DNA of 64,000 bases from Dehalococcoidia bacterium (GTDB lineage: Bacteria > Chloroflexota > Dehalococcoidia > Lucifugimonadales > UBA3495), in the NCBI GenBank assembly GCA_965203985.1, contig CBDBDS010000005.1, positions 10,074 to 74,073 on the forward strand. Reading direction: 5' to 3'. Positions within the stretch are counted from its first letter, which is position 1. Every line of letters starts with the position of its first letter. The notes under the pieces are model-generated. The model had not been told where the DNA came from. It made no database searches and worked only from the letters and a program-made list of their open reading frames with translations. Positions 9,201 to 17,529 of the stretch are shown one piece after another. The position numbers and the translations under genes are program-made.

Positions 9201-10145
9201 CTACAGTATCGCCACCGGGTTCACCGGGGAGCCGGTGCCGCCCACCACGCGCAGCGGGTTGATGGTCAGCATGAACTCCCAGCGGCCCTCCTCGGCGCAG
9301 GCCTCGGCCAGCGGCTGCAGCAGCGCGTTGTCCAGCAGGCCGATGCCGTAGGCGAATATGCTCCCGTGCACCGACCAGGGCAGGTCGTAGCCGTTGGGCG
9401 TGTGGTCCATCATGTCCCAGACCAGCACGCAGCAATCGCTCTCGCGAATGAACTTCAGGCACGATGCGTGCAGGCCCGGCCGCTGCGTCGCGTCGCTGCC
9501 CCAGATGGCGTTGCCGTCGGCGTTCCACTTCTCGCGGCCGCCGTACACCACCAGCGCGTCGCCTGGCTCCATCTGCACTCCCTGGGCGTCGCAGATGTCC
9601 TGGAGTTCCCACGCGTGGATCGGCGTTTCCTGGGTCACGTAGTCGGTGCCCCGATGCCGCGGCACGTCCAGCAGCACGCCACGGGTGATGATGCCCTCCT
9701 TCCAGTGCTCCACGGAGCCGTACTTGGCGCCGTCGAACTGGATCATCTCGTTGGGGTCTTTCCCGTTCCACATGCCGTTGTGGTCCCAAACGTGGCACAG
9801 CGCGTCCAGGTGCGTGGTCGCGGTACCGTGGTAGGAGATGCCGTAGTAGTCGGTGGACATGCCACCGCCCGGCTCGCGCGGACCCTTGCGCATGTAGTGG
9901 ATGGCCGGGGTCGGGTTGTTGGGCGCCGGCGTAACCGGAAACTCCCGGCTCAGCGACACCGCCCGGCCCGTCTTGACCAGGCCGGCGGCCCGCAGCCGCT
10001 TGGCGTCGTCAACCATGTTGACCGCGCCCTTCTGGTCGTCAGGGCCCCAGCGACCCCAGTTGGTGTCGTCCTTCAGGTAGCCGAGCACTTCCTCTCTGCT
10101 GGGCACTCGTCGGCCGTGCTCCGATTGATTAGTAGTCATGGTCAT
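9201..10145 (-). CDS. cyclase family (kynurenine formamidase-like) protein
   Basis: NWGRWGPDDQKG, HG...THLDALCH, RGVLLD, GDALVV.GG, GGTGSPVNPVAI; GGAGGG RBS. Confidence 0.92.
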   Translation of the reverse strand: MTMTTNQSEHGRRVPSREEVLGYLKDDTNWGRWGPDDQKGAVNMVDDAKRLRAAGLVKTGRAVSLSREFPVTPAPNNPTPAIHYMRKGPREPGGGMSTDYYGISYHGTATTHLDALCHVWDHNGMWNGKDPNEMIQFDGAKYGSVEHWKEGIITRGVLLDVPRHRGTDYVTQETPIHAWELQDICDAQGVQMEPGDALVVYGGREKWNADGNAIWGSDATQRPGLHASCLKFIRESDCCVLVWDMMDHTPNGYDLPWSVHGSIFAYGIGLLDNALLQPLAEACAEEGRWEFMLTINPLRVVGGTGSPVNPVAIL

Positions 10146-10244
10146 TCCCTCCGTAACGGCGCGGTCACCCCGCGCCGATTTGACTGGCCGCAAGGTTGCC
10201 ACCATGCGGAGGGAATCGCAAGGATTTAGCCTGCTGGTCGGGCG

Positions 10245-10706
10245 TCAATCATCGCTGAGCGTCACCTCGCCGGTGCGCCCATCGTAATGCAGCACGAAGT
10301 CTCGCAGAAAAGACCGGCCAATGATGGCGCGGTGGATCTGACCGCCAGCGGCCAAGTTGACGCCAGTGAATTGACCGTCGATGACGCGGTTCAGTTCAGG
10401 AATGTAGATTTGGGCCAGGTAGATGTCAGTGGCGTGTTCGCCAACCGAGCCGGAGATTGCCACTCCGTATTCGTACACCGGCAGGCGTAATTGGACCGCC
10501 AACTGGATATCTACACTGTTACCGCTGGCTCCCGTATCCACCAGCGCTGGGTACAAATCCGGCGGCAACACAGGTTTCGGTTCGGCGAATTCGTCAAATC
10601 CAGGGTCATAGCCGACTTGCACCGGAATTGTGGGCCCCACCTCCGCCAGGAGAGCGCTTCTGGAATCTTCCGGCACATCAGGAAAACTACAGTCAGCCGT
10701 CGACAC
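10245..10706 (-). CDS. retropepsin-like aspartic protease
   Basis: ALVDTGAS motif, IIGRSFL; GTG start with GGAGG, overlapping the upstream stop. Confidence 0.8.
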   Translation of the reverse strand: MSTADCSFPDVPEDSRSALLAEVGPTIPVQVGYDPGFDEFAEPKPVLPPDLYPALVDTGASGNSVDIQLAVQLRLPVYEYGVAISGSVGEHATDIYLAQIYIPELNRVIDGQFTGVNLAAGGQIHRAIIGRSFLRDFVLHYDGRTGEVTLSDD

Positions 10707-11631
10707 GGTCCCTCCAGTAGCGCAGGAGTTCGTCACGGGTAAATTGGGGAGAAGGGGGCACGATCTGTCTGATAAAGTGGGGGCCTTCTCTGCCAAAGCG
10801 CGTGACGGCTTCCCGGCCGGCTTCGTTCAGTGTGGGATAAACTCCGATCAGTTCATCGCCGTGGATCAGTACCCACTCGTCGGTGTACTGCGCTTCCAGT
10901 TCTCCGCGCATTTTTTCGTATGCGATGTATTCCGGCGAGGTCACCATGCGGATATACGCCGCGTCGTGCCAGTCGATCCCGTGGTAGCAGGCTTCCCAGA
11001 ACTGGTACTCGTAGCGCAGGGTGGTGTGGAAGATGCGCTCCAGGTTCGCCCGTTTCGTGTCGCTGGCCCGCGCGCCGGCGTCGTTCAGCCGTTCCGTGAA
11101 CCAGGCCACCACGTCGGCCAGCACGGCGGGGCTGTGGATGTCGATCCAGCCCTGGTACACGGCATTGTTGGGTTGCGCGCCGGAGTTGATGAGCCGTTCC
11201 GCCCAGTCCAGGTAGGTGCCCTCGGTCACGTAGAACAGCGCGATGAGATCGTCGAAGTCACCCTCCAGGGCCGTTCGCACCATGAAGTCGCCGAACCCCT
11301 GGGTAACGGGGTTGGCTTCGGTTTCCAGGTACTGCTCCGCCGTGACGCCCAGGTCGTGGAAGCCGTTGAGGAACAGGTCGTTCTCGGCGGACAGGAAGTT
11401 GGAGAGGAACCCGTTGAGTATCTTGCCCGCCTCGTAGTCCGGCGCCGCCTTGGCGATGGCGAAGGACGTCAGCTTCACCAGGTCCTTGCAGAAGACGTAG
11501 TCCTGTCGGAAGTAGGTGCGGAATTTGGCGATGTCCAGGCTCCCGTCGCCCATCTCCAGCACGAAGGGATGCCTGACCATGGCTTCCCACTGGTCGTGAT
11601 ACTTGGCGCGGAGGTCATCTACGAGTGGCAT
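10693..11631 (-). CDS. tenA: TenA/thiaminase II fused in frame to a C-terminal DUF5678-like domain
   Basis: HPFV..MGDGSL...F..Y..QDY.F and EYQFWE motifs, followed by 84 aa (ELEAQY.DEWVLIHG..LIG.Y...EA..F). Confidence 0.85.
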   Translation of the reverse strand: MPLVDDLRAKYHDQWEAMVRHPFVLEMGDGSLDIAKFRTYFRQDYVFCKDLVKLTSFAIAKAAPDYEAGKILNGFLSNFLSAENDLFLNGFHDLGVTAEQYLETEANPVTQGFGDFMVRTALEGDFDDLIALFYVTEGTYLDWAERLINSGAQPNNAVYQGWIDIHSPAVLADVVAWFTERLNDAGARASDTKRANLERIFHTTLRYEYQFWEACYHGIDWHDAAYIRMVTSPEYIAYEKMRGELEAQYTDEWVLIHGDELIGVYPTLNEAGREAVTRFGREGPHFIRQIVPPSPQFTRDELLRYWRDRVDG

Positions 11632-11653
11632 GATTGCTCCTTACAAGGAGTAC

Positions 11654-11745
11654 GTCAGAAGCAGGATTTACAGGATTAGGAGATTTTCAGGATCAGATGG
11701 CCCCAATCCGGTAAATCCTCTAATCCAGCAAATCCTGCTTCTGAC
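11654..11745. repeat. family B palindromic element (MITE/REP-like)
   Basis: gtcagaagcaggattt...aaatcctgcttctgac terminal inverted repeats. Confidence 0.85.
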
Positions 11746-11764
11746 ATTACATTTTCGACAATCA

Positions 11765-12199
11765 TCACGCCGATTCGGCCAGGCAGCCGAAGAACCGGTC
11801 CATCATGCTCTTCGCCACCGAACCCATCATGCGTTGGCCGACCCGGGCCACGGCGCCGCCCACCTGGCCGTCGGTATCCACGTGCAGGTCGGTCCCGCCG
11901 CCGGGAGCCGGGGCCAGCGTGACGCTGGACACGCCGTTGGCGAAGCCCAGGTTGCCGGAACCCTCGATGGCCATCGTGTAGGAATGGGGCGGATTTAGAT
12001 CCGACAGCGCCACCGTGGCGGTGAAGTTTCCGCTGATCGGTCCCACGCGCACCGTCGCGCTGGCGCGGTAGCGGTCCGGCCCGTCCGGCTCGATGCCGCG
12101 GCAGCCGGGGATGCAGCCAGCAAGCACGTCGGGGTTCATCAGCGCGTCCCAGACGGCCTGCGGTTCCTTGTCGAAATGGTAATCGGCGGAAAGTTCCAT
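11765..12199 (-). CDS. coxG: CoxG/SRPBCC family protein
   Basis: VWDALMNPDVLAGCIPGC, GG.VARVGQRM motifs; TATAAT 7 nt before ATG suggests a leaderless mRNA. Confidence 0.88.
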   Translation of the reverse strand: MELSADYHFDKEPQAVWDALMNPDVLAGCIPGCRGIEPDGPDRYRASATVRVGPISGNFTATVALSDLNPPHSYTMAIEGSGNLGFANGVSSVTLAPAPGGGTDLHVDTDGQVGGAVARVGQRMMGSVAKSMMDRFFGCLAESA

Positions 12200-12221
12200 A
12201 GCGGCGATTATAGCAGGGGCG

Positions 12222-12842
12222 TCAGCTCCCGTTGCGAGGCACTGGCTTGCCACTGCGTATCACGATGTCAGGACGACTGAACACGGCGGCGTTCTGGAAT
12301 TTGGTTGCCGGCCTTATAACTCCATAAGTGTGTGTTCGACCGCCGCCTCCCGGCCCCGCTCCGCTGCCTTCGTATTTCCAATCGGTTTGCTCCAGACGAG
12401 CAACGTGGACACGCCATACCACAGCATACTTTCCGGCTTCAATGGTTCTGGAAGGATCAATCAAGTAGCGCAGGATACAATACCATCCCGGATGGTCGTA
12501 GTGCGCTTGCAATGCCCACGGGCGGATACTGGCCTTTATCTCCAAAGAATCATCCGGCGGTGGCGGGTCTGGCGCGCCACGTCGCTTCAGGTCCGGAAAT
12601 CGTTGCTGGGCCAAATCAGCGTGGCGCGGCTTTTCATACACAGTGAGAGCGGAGAACGCTCTGGCTGCGAAGATGCCAACCAGCGCGCTGAAGACGTTCG
12701 CTTGTTCGAAATAAACGTCAGCGAATTGCTCGACTTCGTTTTCTACCGATGCCACCACTCGATTGACGTGGGCAGCGGTCAAGCCGCGAGGCAGCGCAAC
12801 ACCATTGTTGAGCCATTGCTGACGTTCCGGGTGGTCAATCAA
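12222..12842 (-). CDS. putative type II restriction endonuclease
   Basis: RFPDL...LEIKAS PD-(D/E)XK-like motif; start overlaps the stop of the DNA methyltransferase. Confidence 0.55.
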   Translation of the reverse strand: MIDHPERQQWLNNGVALPRGLTAAHVNRVVASVENEVEQFADVYFEQANVFSALVGIFAARAFSALTVYEKPRHADLAQQRFPDLKRRGAPDPPPPDDSLEIKASIRPWALQAHYDHPGWYCILRYLIDPSRTIEAGKYAVVWRVHVARLEQTDWKYEGSGAGPGGGGRTHTYGVIRPATKFQNAAVFSRPDIVIRSGKPVPRNGS

Positions 12843-13797
12843 CCGGAAACTCCGTCAGCGCGGGTACGGCCTGTCGCGCCATCAGGTAATACTCTCTGGA
12901 CGACTCGACGCCTATCGCATGCAATCCCACTGCCCGGGCTGCCGCGACAGTGGAGCCGGAACCCATGAAAGGATCCAATATTGTGCCATACCCCAACGGT
13001 AACGCCGCCCGGACCAGTTGCCGCATCAATCGCTGCGGTTTGAGAGTCGGATGTGGAGCGATCTCACGCTCCGATTTCGTTGCCGGCGGGCAAACTATGA
13101 CGTCCCAAAATGGTTGTTCGTCGGAAATACGACGCAGCCCCCCAACTCCCCATCGTCGCAGATTATCCTGTACTCGGCCCTCAAGGGGTTTACGAAACAA
13201 GCCCCAAGGTTCCCATCCTGAGCGAGGCATTACCGACACGTCGGGGAATTCCTCATGAGCGCCCTTGGGTCTATCCCCTCCCCTGAGCGTTTTGACTATG
13301 CGAACAATCTCACCCCGTTTCTCGAATCCAACTTCGAGCATGGGGCCATACACCAAGTGCGATAGTATAGGAGTGGTAGCGACGAAAACGTGAGCGCCCG
13401 GCACCAACACCCGGAACAGCAGGGCAGCCAGCCGATCAAAGAACGCGCGCAGGTTGGACTCGTCCCGTTGTGTCAGCGCAGTGAAACGCGGAACCGGGGA
13501 GCGCAAAGATCCATCGAAGCTCGGCGGGATGCGCCAAATACCGCCTGTACCATTAGCTCGCTTAGCCAATTGGTCATCCCGGTACTCGACCAGCCCATAC
13601 GGCGGGTCCGTGACCACAGCCTGGATTGAGTTGGACTCCGCAGTTTCCAACCAAGCGAAGGTGTCCCCCAACACCAGATCCAAATCCGGGCCGAGCAAAG
13701 TATCCGCCCAAGCCACCAGCCTGCGGCCGTCAGCATCGCCTACCGCGACCGGGCTATTGACGATGTGGGTGACCGGAGAATCCATAACGGGCAACAT
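12835..13797 (-). CDS. N4/N6 DNA methyltransferase (beta class)
   Basis: VTDPPYG (motif IV), HPTLKP, ILDPFMGSGST (motif I). Confidence 0.92.
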   Translation of the reverse strand: MLPVMDSPVTHIVNSPVAVGDADGRRLVAWADTLLGPDLDLVLGDTFAWLETAESNSIQAVVTDPPYGLVEYRDDQLAKRANGTGGIWRIPPSFDGSLRSPVPRFTALTQRDESNLRAFFDRLAALLFRVLVPGAHVFVATTPILSHLVYGPMLEVGFEKRGEIVRIVKTLRGGDRPKGAHEEFPDVSVMPRSGWEPWGLFRKPLEGRVQDNLRRWGVGGLRRISDEQPFWDVIVCPPATKSEREIAPHPTLKPQRLMRQLVRAALPLGYGTILDPFMGSGSTVAAARAVGLHAIGVESSREYYLMARQAVPALTEFPVD

Positions 13798-13823
13798 TAT
13801 ACTTGCCCGACGACGTCTCCGCG

Positions 13824-15074
13824 CTACCGCTCATCGGCCAGCAGCAGCGCGTTCAGCAGCACCTGGGCCCCGTTGGCGCAGTCCTCAGGAGTGCTGAATT
13901 CCGCCGGCGCGTGGCTGATCCCGCCCACGCTGGGCACGAACACCATGGCCGCCGGCGTTATCGCGGCGATGGCCTGGGCGTCGTGGCCGGCGCCGCTGGG
14001 CAGGCTTACGTGCTCCAGGCCCGCCATCTCCGATGCGTCCGCGACCAACTGCTGCATGTTCCCTGATATGGGCACCGACGGCGTGTTGCGCTGGGCGGTC
14101 ACGGTGATTGCCACCTGCTCGGCATGCCCCACTTCCTCGGCGGTGCGGCGCAACTCCACCTCGGCGCCGGCCAGCGATTCCATCCGCTCGTCCCGAAACT
14201 CCACGCCCATCTGCACCCGCCCCGGGATCACGTTGCCGGCGTTGGGATGCACATCCATGGAGCCCACCGTACCCACCCGGCACACTTCCATCTCGCCGGC
14301 GATACGACGCACGGCCAGGGCAATTTGCGCCGCCGCCGACATGGCGTCCCGCCGCAGCGCCATGGGCGTGGTGCCGGCGTGGTTGGCCTCGCCGACGATA
14401 TCCACGTGGTACACCGAGCGCCCGGTGATGCTGGTCACCACTCCGATGGGAAAGCCGCCCCGGTGCAGCGTCGGCCCCTGCTCGATGTGCAGTTCAAAGT
14501 AACAGGCGAACTCTTCAGGCCGGCGTCGCGCCGCCTCAATGCGAGAGATGTTGCCGCCGATGTTGGGCAGGGTATCGGTTAGGGTCGCTCCATCGTCGGC
14601 GACGGCGGCGAAGTCCTCCGACTCCCACAGTCCGGCCACGGCGCGGCTGCCCAGCAGCCAGCGGTGGAAGCTCGTGCCCTCCTCGTTGGTGAACACCATC
14701 ACCTCGATGGGATGCCGCGGCGTGCGCCCGGTATCGCGCAACGCCTCCACCACCTCAATGGCTCCGATTACGCCCAATGCGCCGTCGTAAGCGCCGCCGC
14801 TGGGCACGGTGTCGGTGTGCGATCCGAGGACGATGGCGGGCAGCGTGGGATCCGCGCCTTCGGTCCGGCCGATGATGTTACCGGCCGGGTCAATGCGGAC
14901 GGACATGCCGGCTCCGCGCATCAGGTTGCTGACGTAGTCGCGGCCGGCAACGTCCTGGCGGGAGAACGCCACCCGCTGCATCCCGAATTCGTCACGGCCG
15001 ATTGCACCCAGCGCGTTGAGGTGGTCGTTCAGGCGAGTGGAGTTGATGGCGGCGGAGGCCGGTGTAGATGTCAT
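13824..15074 (-). CDS. M20 Zn-dependent hydrolase (N-carbamoyl-L-amino-acid/allantoate amidohydrolase)
   Basis: GSHTDTVPSGGAYDG, NEEG, ELHIEQG, HAGTTPM.LRRD, SGAGHDA, GGISH.P.E. Confidence 0.93.
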   Translation of the reverse strand: MTSTPASAAINSTRLNDHLNALGAIGRDEFGMQRVAFSRQDVAGRDYVSNLMRGAGMSVRIDPAGNIIGRTEGADPTLPAIVLGSHTDTVPSGGAYDGALGVIGAIEVVEALRDTGRTPRHPIEVMVFTNEEGTSFHRWLLGSRAVAGLWESEDFAAVADDGATLTDTLPNIGGNISRIEAARRRPEEFACYFELHIEQGPTLHRGGFPIGVVTSITGRSVYHVDIVGEANHAGTTPMALRRDAMSAAAQIALAVRRIAGEMEVCRVGTVGSMDVHPNAGNVIPGRVQMGVEFRDERMESLAGAEVELRRTAEEVGHAEQVAITVTAQRNTPSVPISGNMQQLVADASEMAGLEHVSLPSGAGHDAQAIAAITPAAMVFVPSVGGISHAPAEFSTPEDCANGAQVLLNALLLADER

Positions 15075-15129
15075 GTTACCTGCCGTTGTCCAGTAGTTGT
15101 AATCGGGCGTTAACTCACGCGCAATATTT

Positions 15130-15222
15130 TGTCATCGCGAGCAGCGCAGCGGCGTGGCGATCTCGGCGCTGAATAAGACGCCGTTACCCCCGCGAGATTG
15201 CCACGCTGCGCTCGCAATGACA
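15130..15222. repeat. GTCATTGCGAG-type palindromic element
   Basis: tgtcatcgcgagc...gtggcgatctcg / cgagattgccacg...ctcgcaatgaca arms. Confidence 0.85.
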
Positions 15223-15274
15223 GTTCTGATCAAAATGGGTACGCGTGATCGGGTGTTAGTTGTTGTTGGCGTTG

Positions 15275-15892
15275 TTAGCGCTGTTTCCGTCGAGACCGGC
15301 GGTCGGGTCCGCGGAAGGGGCTTTCGATGAACTCGCCCACCTTCAGGGTGCCCAGGATATCGTTCCAGGCCGCCTTGGCCCGGTCGGCGTGATCATCCCA
15401 GTAGTCCATGGCGATCATCGCCAGCAGCGCCACCTGCGTTTTCATCGCGTAGCACAGCCGGGTGTGGGCTGGACGTTTTTCCAGCGGATCGATGAAATCC
15501 ATCTCCGCCCAGACGATGGTGGTTCCGTCCAGCCGCAGGGTGAGGGGATTCCCGACCCGGGTGGGAACGCGCTCGTCGGCGGCGAGGTTCTTCTTGAGCC
15601 AGTCGGCGATGGGCGGCTCGTCCCACGGTTGCAACTGAGACCAGTCCACGTCGGGCCGGGCGGCCGCCAGCGGCATCACGCGCACGTCCAGCCGGATGTC
15701 GGCGTCCACCTCCGGCTTCCGGTCCAAAAACACGAACGACCGGGAACCCTTGGGCATGTCCAGTATCCAGGTGTCCGGGACCTCAAAACGCACCGCGCCC
15801 TGGTTGGCCACGAAGACCCGGTTGCCGGGTTTCGCTGTCCACCCGTGGTTCTCGGGGAGGTTGAACTCGCGCCTTTCCCAATTACTGCTCAT
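15275..15892 (-). CDS. conserved hypothetical protein
   Basis: 205-aa ORF with typical codon bias (MSSNWERREFNLPENHGW...). Confidence 0.7.
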   Translation of the reverse strand: MSSNWERREFNLPENHGWTAKPGNRVFVANQGAVRFEVPDTWILDMPKGSRSFVFLDRKPEVDADIRLDVRVMPLAAARPDVDWSQLQPWDEPPIADWLKKNLAADERVPTRVGNPLTLRLDGTTIVWAEMDFIDPLEKRPAHTRLCYAMKTQVALLAMIAMDYWDDHADRAKAAWNDILGTLKVGEFIESPFRGPDRRSRRKQR

Positions 15893-16057
15893 TGCTGTCC
15901 GCCTGTTGTCGGGTTGGGCCAGTGTCGGCCGGGGTTCGCGGCGACACCGCAACGGCAAGTTTACTCAGAAATGGCGGGACTGCCAAACGGGAATGGCGCC
16001 GGTTTGACGGCGCGGATGAGCCTGGACCGGGGCGGTTTGCAGCGCGCCGGCCCAACA

Positions 16058-16504
16058 TCACCGGGAGCGGTTCGCGTATCCGTAACCGCCGAAGGCTCCG
16101 GCAATCAGCCCACCGATGCCGGATAGGATGTACCCCAGCAGGCCGCCCTCTTTATAGATGGTCAGAAAGACGATGATGCCGACTACGGCCAGGATGGCGA
16201 CGATAACTACCAGAACGGCCCAACGGCGTGTTTCTTTCCCGGCGTCGTGGTCGCGTTGGGATTGGCGATCGGCGTATTCGAGTTCTTTCCCTTGCAACTC
16301 GATGACGCCTGAAAACTGTTCTTCGGTCAGACGCACTTGGGTGAAGTTGGCCTGGCTGCGTATTTGAGCGACTCGCGATGCGGTGTTTTCCAGTATTTCT
16401 TGATAATCCGACCCGGCGTCGTCCTCGGATGATTGGTCGCCCGGTCGGGCGATGGGAGTTTGGTCCGAAGGTTGCGGTTTCGGCTCGTCTTGGTTTGCCG
16501 CCAC
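16058..16504 (-). CDS. small membrane protein, DUF2335-like
   Basis: Acidic N-terminus, helical middle, two C-terminal TM segments; GGAGG before GTG. Confidence 0.55.
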   Translation of the reverse strand: MAANQDEPKPQPSDQTPIARPGDQSSEDDAGSDYQEILENTASRVAQIRSQANFTQVRLTEEQFSGVIELQGKELEYADRQSQRDHDAGKETRRWAVLVVIVAILAVVGIIVFLTIYKEGGLLGYILSGIGGLIAGAFGGYGYANRSR

Positions 16505-16516
16505 GGTCCCCTCCAG

Positions 16517-16804
16517 CTATGTCCGCCTGATGTGGCGATGGGAAGCCTCTGTCAAGGTTCCCTTCTTTTTAGGCGAGAAAGCGTCGGCAACCATTTCACC
16601 GACTTCGTACTCCAACTTGGCAGCTATGAGCATCTTGACGAGGTTCGTTGCTTGTTTGGAGGTAATGCGACCCTGTTGCCAGTAAAGCGTGATCTCATCA
16701 AGCCCGTGCCGGTACAGTGTATCAACCGATCGCGGGGACGGGTTGATGGCTTCCAGCAAATCGTCCATCGTCAGGTGCTCAATGCCGTTTGTCGCCAGCG
16801 CCAT
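16517..16804 (-). CDS. hypothetical protein
   Basis: Short ORF (MALATNGIEH...) directly upstream of the DUF2335-like gene; start uncertain. Confidence 0.5.
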   Translation of the reverse strand: MALATNGIEHLTMDDLLEAINPSPRSVDTLYRHGLDEITLYWQQGRITSKQATNLVKMLIAAKLEYEVGEMVADAFSPKKKGTLTEASHRHIRRT

Positions 16805-16988
16805 GATTATGCTCCGTGCTCGATCAGGTCGAGCCACCGCCCGAATCTGTTTCAGTATAGCAAAGCCCAGCCGTGCTGCCGTTACCCCGCCGGCGAGAAT
16901 GGGAGCGGCGACTACGCAAGCGAGGATGTTACAATCGGATTATGCCTCGGCATTAGTGGCTGGAATGTTGCTGACGGAGTTGGCAATT

Positions 16989-17303
16989 GTGATTGATTTA
17001 CGCAAGCGCATAGTATCCGACCCCGAGATTTTGCGGGGCAGGCCGTGCGTAAAGGGAACCTGCATCTCGGTGGTTTTCGTCCTCTACCTGCTGGCCGGCG
17101 GGACGAAAGCAGAAGACATCGTGAAGCATTATCCCCACCTGACCCCCGAGGACATACACGCCTGTTTCCTGTATGCCAGCGAAAACCTGACAGGCGGAAC
17201 CTCCCAATGGAAGTTCGAGGGGAGCTTTCTGGACAGCGACGCATGGACGCTGGAGGAAGGAGAAGAGGCTCCGACGCTGGAAAGCCTGTTCCGGCATGGG
17301 TAA
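16989..17303 (+). CDS. DUF433 antitoxin-like protein
   Basis: RIVSDPEILRGRPCVKGT.ISV..VL..LAGG....I...YP.LT.EDI.AC; start may be 16965. Confidence 0.88.
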   Translation: MIDLRKRIVSDPEILRGRPCVKGTCISVVFVLYLLAGGTKAEDIVKHYPHLTPEDIHACFLYASENLTGGTSQWKFEGSFLDSDAWTLEEGEEAPTLESLFRHG

Positions 17304-17306
17304 GTC

Positions 17307-17520
17307 GTGGCGCAGTTCATCCTTGATGAAAATATGCCCCCAGCCATCGCAGTCTTGCTGAACGACCAGGGGCACGATGCGATAGCAGTATCCCAAATTG
17401 CGCCTCGTACTCCAGACCACGGCGTACTGGCTTGGGCAGTGCGCGAAAACCGGATACTGGCTACTTTCGATACCGATTTTGGCGACCTGATTTACGCGCG
17501 GGGATTGCCGGCCCCGCCCG
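17307..17520 (+). pseudogene. DUF5615 PIN-like toxin, truncated
   Basis: FILDENMP...HDA..RENRILATFD.DFG.L, then similarity is lost after LPAPP where the opposite-strand 17530 gene ends; the intact paralog 21541 continues GVILFR. Confidence 0.75.
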
Positions 17521-17529
17521 TTCAACCGG

